In this document: positions 13,201 through 24,400 of the stretch, in pieces | Layout: each line of letters begins with the position of its first letter | Position numbering within the stretch: the first letter of the stretch is position 1 | NCBI GenBank assembly: GCA_026936335.1 | Contig: JAPMXV010000031.1 | Span: forward strand, 310,001-374,000 | Direction of reading: 5' to 3' | DNA length: 64,000 bases | DNA from: Mantamonas sphyraenae STR306 | Taxonomy: Eukaryota; Protista; CRuMs | Notes under the pieces: model-generated | Database searches by the model: none | Seen by the model: the letters and a program-made list of their open reading frames with translations, nothing else | Told to the model about the DNA's origin: nothing | Position numbers and translations under genes: made by a program

Positions 13201-15781
13201 TCACTCATCGCGCTTGACAACAGCGGTGGAGATCTGGTCGACCTTGGCTTCGATCATGGCCAGGATCTTCATCGTCTTCTGACGAGTCTTCATCTGCACC
13301 TCGGCCAGCTCACTGAGACGGTCGTCCAGATCGTTGGTCATCACATTCATCTCAATGTGCTGCGGGTTGACACTGGAGCTGCCTGCGCCGTCGCCTTCGG
13401 CCTCCTCGTCCTCGGCCGCACGTCCCGTCTTCTCGCGCATGTTCTGGTAGATGTAGATGAGACGTTCGATGACATCGTCGCTCTCGCCCAAGGCATCCTT
13501 GAGACCCCTGCGACCCAGCACGGCACCCGTCTGCACACGCTTCCTGGTCTCCTTCAGCTTCTCCAGGAGCACCTTGTCCGAGATGGCCTTTTCCTTGTCC
13601 ATGGCACTGGCACGGAAGCGCTCCAGCTTCTTGCGCAGTCCCTTCTTGATCTGCGCTCCCAGGTTGGAGCCCTGGGCCTTGCGGTTGACAATGGCGTAGG
13701 CGTCGTTGATGATGGCCAGGAACATGTTGGCCAGGGTGAAGTACACCAGCAGGATGAAGAGGATGAAAAACACGGAACCCAGGAAGCGGTTGGCACGGTT
13801 GATTTCCGTGTAGTTGAAGTCGCCGAGAATCATCTTGAAGCAGGTGATGAGCGACAGACCGAGTTCGCGGAAGTCTTCCACGGTGGAGCCGAAGAGGAGG
13901 TGACCCATCATGGTGAAGCCCAGGAAGACAATCATGAAGAAGATGAAAAAGGCCACGAGATCGGAGGAGGCCATGCCGATGGTGCTCCACATGAGGCTCA
14001 TCTTTGCGTTCATCTGCAGATACTTGAAGATCTTGAGAAAGACAATGAGCACCGAGATGGACTGGAGGGAGAAGACGAGGTAGTAGGTGTCTGCCACGCT
14101 CTCCAGGTTGATGTAGTCCGTGCTGGTGGCCACAAAGCCACTGCGGTTGGAGAAAAACACAAACTCGGAGTTGACCACCACCACGGTCCACAGCAGGGCC
14201 AGGTTGATGAGATCGAGGTAGTTCCAGCCGTCCTCAAAGTAGTACAGGAACGAACCACGCACCTTTTTGGTCTCGATGGCCTCCTGGATCTCCTGGCGGG
14301 CAAAGAAGATGAGGAAGAAGATGGTGCTGAGTTCGAGGATGGCACGGAAGTAATCCACACCGGTGGAGTAGGGCTCCATCTTGAAGGCCTTGAAGATGGC
14401 AAACGGGGCAGTGAGGCCTCCCGGAGTGAACTCCACCATAAACTTGCTGAGCATAAACAGACCCAGGTTGCCGTTCATGGCGTTGACCGTGACAAAGATC
14501 ACGCGTGTCTTTTTGTCCAGAAACTTGTCAGCCTTGAGTTGGGCCAACTGCGACGGAATGGCACTGCGGTTCTTGGCAAAGTCCACCAGGAAGCCACCAC
14601 CGTCGTAGTACGAGTTGTCTGTGCGTCCCACCTCGTAGGGGATCTTTGTGTCTGCCGGGTCCTGATACTTCCACTTCTTGCCCGGACCAAATGCCTCCTT
14701 GCTGGCTGCAGCAGGGTCGTAGTAGCCCCAGCAGTGCGGGTACACGTCCGTAAAGGTGGTCGAGGCAAGGCACGAGTCGTCACGCACACGCAACTGGCGG
14801 ATACGGAAACCACCGATGATCTGGATGGGGGATGACGGGTGATGATGAGTGCGGTGAGGGTGAGTGGGTTGGGAAGGGGGGGGAAAGGGGGGGGGGGTTG
14901 AATGGATGTCGCTCGATCCTGGAACCTACGCGGTTGTAGTTGTACAGAAACTCCTGCTCGCCTGCAGTGAAAACGTCGCCATTGTACCATTCGTTTGTGG
15001 TCATGGCTTCCTGGAATGGGCCTTGCAGCCATTGCCAGAACTCGTCCATGGAGCCGATGTCGTGAAAGTTTTTCAGGATGTGGGAGAACTCGGGCGGGAA
15101 CTCCTCTTCGACAAAAAGGTCCTGTGGACGGGTGTCAAGGGGCGGCAGGGGCACAGGCGCGTGTGCACACGACGCAAACATGGCTGGGTTAGGCGGTGCG
15201 GGGTCGTCGGGGCAAGGTGCGTGTGTGTACAAGGCAGGAGCGCCGGGTAGAAGTGGAGTGGGAAGGCGCGAAATTAAGCAACGACGACGGTTCAAGAAGC
15301 GAAAGCACAACGTACACGGAGCGCACTCTCCATCTGGAACGTGCCGTTGATGTTACGGGCTGCATTGTGTGTGTGTGTGTGTGTGTTGTGTGTGTGTGTG
15401 AGCAGGGACTGGGTAGGCAAGAGCAAGGCAAGGCAAGGGGGGAACGGGGGGGGAGGGTCGGTTGGGGAAGGATTGCGACGCTGTGTGTGTGCTTACCCAG
15501 GAAGAGCTGGCCCAGGAAGACGGCCACGAAAAGAATGTACACACCGAGCTCTATCCGAGACAGACAGAGAGAGCGTGTGTGTGCGTTGGAGGCGCAGGCA
15601 CCAAAAGGGAGCAGGGTGTCAGAGAGTGAATGGGGGATTGGGACCACAGAAAACACACACACACACACCCAGAGGACCGTGGTGGGGACATACCTTTGAG
15701 CAGAGTTCGGTTGCGCACCTTTTCCTTAAGGAGAAGGATGGCTTCGTCAAAGTTGACTCGCACGTCGTCACCAGCCTCCAT
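13201..15781 (-). CDS. PKD2: Polycystin-2 (TRPP) cation channel, multi-exon
   Basis: TOP domain (YDGGGFLVD, FLDKKTRVIFV, NGNLGLF), DGWNYLDL, LKIFKYL, GHLLFGS, CFKMILGDF pore, LANMFLAIINDAY. Upstream exons extend to MEAGDD at 15781. Confidence 0.92.
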
Positions 15782-15971
15782 CTGCGCTTGTAGTGGGGCT
15801 TTTTGCGTTGCCGCGGCCGAGCGGCTGATCCAGGACCCTCAACCAACCAACGAGCCACCAACACCCCCGATGGGTTGCATCCCACCACCCGTCATCCAAC
15901 ACAACGCAGGGTTTGTTCTCCGCAAGCCCACTCCTTGTGCGCTGACTCACTCAACTTTTTGAAATCGCCGA

Positions 15972-17930
15972 ATGGGAGCAAAGAAGGAGAGCAGTTCGGA
16001 TGAAATCCCATGGCTGCAGGCTGTGACCACGTACCTGGGCTATGCCATCCTCATTGGGTTTGGCCACATGCGTGACTTCTTTGGCAAGATCTTCAAGCCG
16101 TTCCAGTACCGCACGCCGGAGGTGAGTTGCCCCCGGTGGGCCCTTCTTTTGCCGATTGCGATTGCGCGCCGGGCTCACACAAGGCCGCCGCTGACACTCA
16201 TCCGTGCACCTGCAATGGACTGTACACACCCAATGCATTTTCTGGCATGTCCATCCAGGGTTACGCACCGCTGCTGATTGATTTCGAGCACTTTTACACC
16301 CGCAGGCTGTACCGAAAGATTGAGGACTGCTGGAATCGGCCGATTTGCTCAGTGCCCGGCGCCTACATCGACGTGATGGAGCGCACCAGCAAGGATTTCA
16401 ACAAGACAATCACGTGAGTGGGCACAGTGGGAGGGGTGGGCATGGTTGCAAGTGGAGACAGGGTGACAGTGTGTGGGGCTGACTCGATATGGGACCACGG
16501 AACACCGGGACGGCGTGCGGGAGGACAGGATGACCGGGCGCAAGGTGCATGCCCTGAACCTGGGCTCGTACAACTACCTGGGCTTCGCAGCCGGAGGCAA
16601 GAACAGATGCAACGACGCTTGCATCGACACACTGTACACGTACGGCGCCCAGACACTGTCTTGCCGTGCGGAAGTGGGTAGGTTTTCGTGGTGGGAAGGA
16701 ACAACGGCGTGGATCCGCGCCAAAAAGCGACCTCTGGCGAACGCCGGCGGGAGGGCTCCTTTGCAGCAGGAAGCAGACACTGACAGGAAAAAGCACACGT
16801 GTGGACGTGACACACAGGCACAAACAAGATGATTGTGGAAGCAGAGAAGCTGATTGCGCGGTTCATCGGCAAGGAGGACGCCATGATGTTCAGCGTGGGC
16901 TACGGAACCAACGCAACCAACATCCCGACGGTGGCTGGACCGGGCGACCTGATTCTCAGCGACACGCTGAACCATGCGTCGCTGGTGATTGGCTGCCGTG
17001 CTGCCGGTGCCAAGATCCGAGTGTTTAAGCACAACGGTACGTGGTGGTGGGGGCGCTGAAGGTTGCGAATCGCATCATAGGCACAGAGAGGCTGACACGC
17101 ATGATGCACATGGACACACATCGGCGGGAACAACACACACACACACACACACAGACATGAAGGACCTGGAGCGTCAGGTGCGTACGGCCATTGCGTATGG
17201 TCAGCCGCGCACTCGTCGTCCGTGGAAGCGCGTGATCATCTTTGTGGAGGGAATCTACTCGATGGAGGGCGAGATTCTGCCGCTGCCGGAGATTGTGCAG
17301 ATCAAGAAGAAGTACAAGTGCTACCTGTACATGGATGAGGCCCATTCCATTGGAGCACTGGGTGACACCGGACGTGGGGCGTGCCAGTACTGGGGCGTGG
17401 ACACCGCGGACGTGGACATCATGATGGGCACGTTTACAAAGTCGTTTGGCGCGTACGGTGGCTACATTGCATCGGACAAGGACTTTATGGACAAGCTGCG
17501 TTCCTCCTCGGTTGGCAACCTGTACGAGACGGCCATCAGTCCCGTGCTGGTGCAGCAGATTGTGACGTCGACCACCATCATCATTGGCGAAGACGGAACA
17601 AACGAGGGCCAGGAACGTCTCACCCAGCTCCACGACAACAGCAACTACTTCCGCGAATCGTTGCGGGAGATGGGTTTCAAGGTGCTGGGAGACAAGGACT
17701 CACCCATTGTGCCCCTGCTCCTGTTCCATGCCCCCAAGATCGGCTGCTTCTCACGTGAGGCTCTTGCCCGTGGACTGGCCGTGGTTGTGGTGGGCTTCCC
17801 CGCCACCCCGATCCTCCTCTCCCGTGCTCGCTTCTGCCTGTCTGCTTCCCACACTCGTGCCGACCTGGACATGGCTCTCGAGCACATCGACGAAATTGGC
17901 GACAAGATGATGCTCAAGTACGACGCTTGA
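15972..17930 (+). CDS. SPTLC2: Serine palmitoyltransferase subunit LCB2, multi-exon
   Basis: [51 protein letters not shown]-lysine motif [19 protein letters not shown]. Confidence 0.95.
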
Positions 17931-18253
17931 TTCCCTCTCGTCCCTGTTTTGCCCCGTGCGTGTCGATTGAGGTGGTCCTCGGCGCCGTGGTGTCTCCGTT
18001 GCTGTTTGGCAACTGCCCAAGGCCTTGTCGACGGCTCTTGTGGTGGGTTTGCGAACGGTGCAGGCGCCATGGTTGATCGATCGAACTTGAGTGTGTGGCT
18101 GCCCCCATCGGCAGTGCGAGTGTGTGTGTGTGCGTGTGTGTGTAGGACAGGAGACAAGAACACAAATGCATCACTTTCGCACAATTGCACAGCTTTAGGA
18201 CAGGCACACGTCCAATGCGCCCTTGTGACCAGCCAGAACAGCAGGGGCAAAGG

Positions 18254-20362
18254 ATGAACGAGACCTCCTCGTTGCTGGTCAAACAGGCCATTGTGGCCGA
18301 GGACATGCACTTTCAATATGGCAAGAACGCACCCAAGTTGCTGCGTGGTGTGAACATCTCCATTCCACGTGGCTCCATCTATGCCCTGCTGGGCGCTTCG
18401 GGCAGTGGCAAAACGACGCTGATGAAAACGGTGTTGGGAAGGTACACGCCCACCGAGGGCAAACTGGAGGTGCTGGGCAAGGCCCCGCATGCCAAGGACC
18501 ACGACGTGCCTGGACGCAAGGTGTCGTATGCACCACAGGAACTTGCTCTGTATGAGGATCTGAGCGTGCGTCAGAACGTGGACTTTTTCGCAGGGATTGC
18601 CCACATGCGACGCGCGGACGTGGAGGCTCGGTTCAAGGCCATGGTGGAGTTGTTGGAGCTGGAGGGGCTGGAAGACCGTGCTGTGCGACGATTGAGTGGA
18701 GGGCAGCAACGTAGGGTGTCGCTGATGTGCTGTATGGTCTACCCGCCTGAAATCCTGGTCGTCGATGAACCGACGGCGTCCCTGGATGTGCTGTTGTCAC
18801 ACAAAGTGTGGGACCACTTTCGACAGTTGGCAGACGCAGGCACGACCATCCTCATCACCACGCATGGGATCCACGAGGCCATCAAGGCCGACTGTGTGGG
18901 TCTTTTGCGCAACGGAGTCATCCAGGTGGAGGGCCATCCGCAGGCACTGCTGGAGCAGTTCAACACCAACAGCCTGGAAGACGTCTTTCTGCAGGTGTGC
19001 ATGCGTGGAGTGCATGTTCATGCCACAGCCACTGCGGGGTCGATCAACGACGATGACGACCAGGTAGCAGCAGCATCTGTCAAGACACAACGCAGACCCA
19101 TGGCAAAGGCATTGGAGGAGAGTGAAGACGCTGCGTCGCCGCCGGTGCTGTTGGAACAGCAGGTGGAGACCTACGAGTCCATGTTGGCAGCACGCACGAT
19201 TGCCAGTGTGGCATGGCGCAAGTTGGCTACCTTGTGGGAGATGAAGTTTACGCTGTTCTTTGTCATGCTGCTGCCTGCGGTGCAGATCATTCTCTTCTGC
19301 CTGGCAGTGGGTGGCGACCCGTTGGATCTGCCGTTTGGGGTTGTCAATGACGACGTCGGCTTGGGTTCCCTGCACTATGGCAATGCCATTGTCGATTCCA
19401 TCCAAAAGAATCACTCCAAGGTGCTGCACATGGTGTCGTGTGCCAACAGCAGCCAGGCGCAGACGCTGATTCGCCAGGGCCAGATGTGGGCGGCGTTGCA
19501 CATTCCACAAAACTTTACACAGGGTGTGGTGCGCATAGGCTTGAATCTGAACGAGTTGAAAGATGCCAAGGTGGTGGATATGGTCACCCTGGGCATGTAT
19601 CGCGACAACAGCAACGAACAGATCAGCTTGAGCATCGACAAGGCGTTGCAAAAAGTGGCCAAGGATGTGCAGGGCTCCATTGCAGGGCAAAGTGGTGTGC
19701 AATTGCCAGCATCGGTGATTCGTTCCCACAAGCCTGTGTATGGGCCTGAGGGCGATGCCTCGTACCGGGATTTCATGGCACCCAGCATGATCGCCCTGCT
19801 CAGCGCGGTGTACCCGGTGTTTCTCTCCTCCATCTCTCTGTTGAGGGAGCGCCTGGATGGCACGTTGGACAGGCTGTATGCGTGTGGAGTGACCAAGTTC
19901 CAGCAGATCATGGGCCACCTGGCTGCGTTTGTGGTTGTGATCAGCATCCAGACGGCGCTGATGCTCCTGAGTGCCTTTGTTCTGTTTGACATCCCCTTGG
20001 CAGGGAGCATTGTGTGGGTGGTTGTGTTCTGTCTGGTGTTGGGCATCAGCGGCGTCTCGTTGGGCCTGTCCATCTCGGCCGCAGTGTCCTCCGAGCACAG
20101 TGCCCTCCAGCTGGGCTTCTCCTTCTTCTTCCCGTTTATGCTCCTGGGAGGCATCATTTGGCCCTTCCAGGCGTTGTCGGGCGTGTTGAAGTATCTGTCG
20201 TACGCTGTGCCGACACACTATGGGGGACAAGCGTTGCGCGACATCTGTCTGCGTGGCTGGGGCATGGAAGAGCCGCAGGTGTGGATTGCTGGCTTGGTGA
20301 CTGTGGGTGTGCTGTCTGTGTTCACAGCCAGTGCAGTGTGGATCTTGAAGGACAGGGATTGA
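18254..20362 (+). CDS. ABC half-transporter, NBD-TMD order with large extracellular loop (ABCH-like)
   Basis: Walker A GASGSGKT, signature LSGGQQRR, Walker B ILVVDEPT, H-loop ITTH. ABC-2 type TMD (ERLDGTLDRLYACGV, LGGIIWP, RGWG). Confidence 0.88.
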   Translation: MNETSSLLVKQAIVAEDMHFQYGKNAPKLLRGVNISIPRGSIYALLGASGSGKTTLMKTVLGRYTPTEGKLEVLGKAPHAKDHDVPGRKVSYAPQELALYEDLSVRQNVDFFAGIAHMRRADVEARFKAMVELLELEGLEDRAVRRLSGGQQRRVSLMCCMVYPPEILVVDEPTASLDVLLSHKVWDHFRQLADAGTTILITTHGIHEAIKADCVGLLRNGVIQVEGHPQALLEQFNTNSLEDVFLQVCMRGVHVHATATAGSINDDDDQVAAASVKTQRRPMAKALEESEDAASPPVLLEQQVETYESMLAARTIASVAWRKLATLWEMKFTLFFVMLLPAVQIILFCLAVGGDPLDLPFGVVNDDVGLGSLHYGNAIVDSIQKNHSKVLHMVSCANSSQAQTLIRQGQMWAALHIPQNFTQGVVRIGLNLNELKDAKVVDMVTLGMYRDNSNEQISLSIDKALQKVAKDVQGSIAGQSGVQLPASVIRSHKPVYGPEGDASYRDFMAPSMIALLSAVYPVFLSSISLLRERLDGTLDRLYACGVTKFQQIMGHLAAFVVVISIQTALMLLSAFVLFDIPLAGSIVWVVVFCLVLGISGVSLGLSISAAVSSEHSALQLGFSFFFPFMLLGGIIWPFQALSGVLKYLSYAVPTHYGGQALRDICLRGWGMEEPQVWIAGLVTVGVLSVFTASAVWILKDRD

Positions 20363-20403
20363 GGTGCAGAGTGAGGGTGCGAATGTGGTGCCAAACCAAA
20401 ACA

Positions 20404-21289
20404 ATGGAAACCGCGTTGGGACAAGCCGCTGCAGCAGGGGAGGTGCACGCTGTGTTGGAGGTGATGGAGAAGGAAGGGGATGCGTTGGATGAGAAGACGG
20501 TGGACATGGCGTTGATGGTTGCGGCGGGGAGAGGCCACTTGGAGGTGGTGCACTGCTTGCTGGACAGAGGGGCAGACGTGTGTGGTCTCCGTGTGGGCAA
20601 TCCATCGCCTTGTGGAGATGCAGCTTCCAATGGCCACACAGAGGTGGTCAAGGCGTTGTTGGAGCGTGGGGCTCGGGTGGACCAGCCGAGCTTCCACCTG
20701 CAGCTGACGCCGCTGATGATGGCCGCGCGCAAGGGACACAAGGACACAGTGGTGGCGTTGTTGGAGGCTGGAGCAAGTGTGAACCTTGCGGATGATTCGG
20801 GGATGACTGCATTGATGTTTGGGGCGTGGTTGGGGGAGGCGGAGATTGTGTCTGTGTTGCTGGAGCATGGCGCAGACACAGAGGCACGCGATGCGAAGCA
20901 TGAGACAGCGTTGATCAAAGCGGCGTGGGACGACAACTGGGAGGCAGCCGAGGCTTTGTTGAGCGCGGGTGCCAATGTGGACGCGCGGAACGGGAGCGCA
21001 TGGACCGCGTTGACGGTGGCAGCACGCAGTGGGTACATGGACACAGCAAGGGTGCTGTTGGAACATGGGGCAAAGGTGGACACCAGTGCAAGCCTGGGCA
21101 TGACGCCGTTGATGCATGCGGTGGTGAAGGAGCACGTGGAGATGACCAAGCTGTTGTTGGGGCATGGTGCAGATGTGCACTGGCGATGTCACACTGGAGG
21201 GACGGTGTTGGCAATGGGTGCGTCAAGCAGCAGTGCAGAGGTGGTGGAGGTGCTGCTGGAACACGGGGCAGAGGTGGATCGGATACCCA
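20404..21289 (+). pseudogene. Ankyrin-repeat gene, 5' part, interrupted by the Fanzor-like insertion
   Basis: About 9 ankyrin repeats (TPLMMAARKGHKDTVVALLEAGA etc.). The frame runs into the insertion after ...EVDRIP and stops at 21328-21330. It may still be expressed as a truncated protein. Confidence 0.85.
21278..21289 (+). repeat. Left target-site duplication ATCGGATACCCA
   Basis: Identical 12-mer at 27629-27640. Confidence 0.92.
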
Positions 21290-21380
21290 GGCCTTTGCGA
21301 CCGACCGTGAACACTGCTGTGCTTTGTTGAAAAACAATAAAAAACCATCCTTTCGATGGTAGTCGGTCGCAAATCCCTGC
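21290..21380 (-). ncRNA. Candidate Fanzor omega-RNA scaffold (downstream end of element)
   Basis: Perfect 12-bp stem TTTGCGACCGAC (21294-21305)/GTCGGTCGCAAA (21362-21373) encloses small hairpins ACCATC/GATGGT and TTGTT/AACAA. It lies 3' of the nuclease ORF and abuts the flank, the canonical omega-RNA position. Confidence 0.55.
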
Positions 21381-21446
21381 CGTCAGCCGCCCGTCGCCCC
21401 GCCCGCCTTTATTCTGTGTTGTTTTGTGCGATTGTTCGATTCACTC

Positions 21447-24400
21447 TTACTTCTTGCGCAGTTGCGCCCGTTGCTTGCGCCACCTCCTCGATGACAGCTT
21501 TGTGTGAGTCTTCCTGTCCACGCCCGAGATGGCCAGCACCAACAGGGTGGCGATGGTCACTGCGGCGTCCGTGTCCTTGTGCTGCGCCCAGCGTTCGCAG
21601 CGGGCGCAGTCCCACCATCTCCGGCTACAACCGCGTCTTGTGTATGACTTGGGACTCAGGGTCACCTGGTGTCCACACTCGCGGCACAGAGCAGAGGTGT
21701 ACGCCTCGCGTGTGACCACGACCGTGTGGGTTCGGCTCAGGTGCCTCTTCACATCAGCCAGAGGCACACGCGCGCTGAAGCGTCCGTTGCCAAAGGCAAG
21801 CAGGGAGCGCTGCTGCGACAGCCTGTCGATGTCCGAGATGGAGGCCGAGATGCCAGCAAGGTACCTGTTGCGGAGCTTGCGGTGTTCGTGATGATGCGCA
21901 TCCACGAGGTTCCGGTGCGGCTCTCGCTGTGCAAACTCTTCCCGCTTTGCTTGGTTCAGTTCTTGCCATGTCGGGGTAGAAGAAGCAGATGATGATGGTG
22001 ATGATGATGAGGAGGAGGATGATGATCGTGCGTTGGATCGTAGCGTACGTCGGGAGGACGCCGCTGCTGCTGATGACTCTCTGCATCTTCTGACTGCTTC
22101 CGTGGCAGCCTGGGACAGTACGTTCTGCTTCTTCCTGAGCTGACTGGTCCGCAGCATGTGTCTGTAAGATGGTGTTGGCAATGAAAAGTAGATACCTGCG
22201 TCCACGTGCAGAACATTGTCGCGATCGAGTGTCGCTGACATCTTGTTGTGGTGAAAGACAGCGACGCAGCTGGTGCAGTCAACGTTGGGGTCCATCCCGA
22301 TTACAGGTATACCAGCAGGCGTCCACAAATCGTTCTGCCCTAGTGTACGGGCCACCTGTTTGTCTGACTCAAGCAAGATTCCAGTGCGCTTGCCAGCAGA
22401 AGTTTGCGATGGCTTGCACTCCGCCTCTAGGTGCTGCATGACGTCTGTAAGGCTGCTCTCGTCGACACCAGACTCTTCAAACCACTGCTCCAGCTTGGGC
22501 ATGGCCGCTCTGCCGTACGCTTGATAAAAGAGGCTCGCCATATGCATGACGTGGAACCACGATAGATCCCGCACTTTACCCTTCGCGTCGAACCCAACAC
22601 GGACACATGCGACACGCAGTGCCTCGTCGACGTCTGATGCTGCCACGCAGCCCTGAGCACCATTCAGCTTGCGACGGGCTCCAACAGCCAGGCTATGCGG
22701 GGCGTAGACAGTTTGATAGATCGATCGGCCGTCGTTGCCACCGAGGGTGATCCCCTGCCCTCGAGTCTCCTGCCCTGTGTCTGAGTTCCAGAGCCCCGGT
22801 AGAACGAGCATGGTGACTGCGTTTACAAGGTCACCCCGGTGGGCTGCCCATCCAGCTTCCGTTCTCAACATGCCGACATGTGTTCGCCCTTTGATCCTCT
22901 CCAGTGCACGCTGTGAACCTGGGCACAGAACAGCAGCGTGGTCCACAATAAGCTGGTTGAGCTGGCGAGCGAGCACGTTTGACTTTGCTCGCTCATCCCA
23001 GGGCAACGTCTCGATGATCGCGGTGGCTGCTGCTGCTGCTGCTGCTGCTGCTTCGCCTCCCCTCGTACTCAAGTGCTTCAGAAAGTTGTATGCGACCCGA
23101 AACAGCTTAAACTTTAGATCGTACCCCGATACCGAAACCGTACAGCGTGCAGTCGCGCGTGGGCGAGGTACAAGCTGGACAGCGTGGCCACATTGCTCAG
23201 CCTCCAATTTGAGCAGACAGATGTAGGACGCGACACGGGCCTGGTTCTTCTCGTCCTCCTTTGCCTTTGAGAGCAAAGGCGAGCCAGCCACGACCTTGCT
23301 CACCTTGTCCTTCAGCGGCTGCAGCTGCGTCCTCCAGTCCATCTGCTGCTGCTGCGCAACCACAAGCGCCTCTTCATGGTCCTGGTCTTGGTCCTCATCT
23401 CGATCCTGCTCGTGATCTTGGTCTGCTTCCGGTTCTCCATCGTCGTCGACCTCGTCCACCTCCTCGACCTCCTCTGCTTTCACCCTCTTCTTCCATGCTG
23501 CGAGTGACATCCCCGACACGTATGCGCATGCCACCTCTGTCAGCTTCCGCGGGAGCTCCGGCACAGCATCGCACACCATTCTCTTCACCGATGACGTCCA
23601 GTGTCTGGTCGCAAGGTTCCACATGGTCCTCATCTGACGTGCAGCTGACCCCTCAGCCAGCAGATTCTCGAGTTGCTGACGCTGCTCCTCAAGCTCCAGG
23701 CCGTCGTAGTATGGACTCGCAATATGGGCGCACAACACTCCGTACAAGCGCTCCCGTGCTTTAACAAAGCTGCTGTGAGTGTCGACCAGGACTGCTTCCA
23801 ATTCGTGGCGTTGGCTCTCAGACATCCTGCTGTCCGCTGCGTCCTGAATACTCCCACGTGCCACGGTCGTGGCTGTTCCCGCCAGTCCCATCACTCGTTC
23901 CACGCCTCCGTGTCCATGGCCGTCATGCATCCCGTACACACCAGACAACGCCTGTTCCTCGGTCGGGCGGCGGTCGTTTAGCAGCGCTGCAACCTTCCGT
24001 CCAAGCTTGTAGAACGATTCACGCTCTGCTGTGCGCGCCTCGTCAATCTCATCCTCATTGTCCTCTTTGCTTGACTCCTGTACGTAGCAGACATCCTTGC
24101 CACAGAGCAGTTTGGCCAAACGGCCCTTCAAGTAGGTGCCCTTGGCCAACATCGAGTCACACAGTGTCTCCACCTCGTCGCTGTTGCTGCATGAATCAAG
24201 TCTTCCCGCCTCGACATCCGCGAGCAGCTCCTCTCTCTTCTGTTCCACTGCCTGCTCGAACTGCTGCATGTTGTCGTACCTTTTTGCCTTCTTCTTTGCC
24301 TTTTCAATCTCCTCCTGCAGCTCAGTCTGCCGTTCAATCGCGTTGTCGAGCGAGGCACGCTCCTGCGTCCCCAGCTGAAGCCGTCCTTGCTCCGCAAACG

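Noticed and set aside
13114-14835. 573-aa + strand ORF (likewise 18797-20605, 55174-57366, 20-1153, 240-1505)
   Set aside because: Antisense shadows of well-supported genes on the opposite strand.
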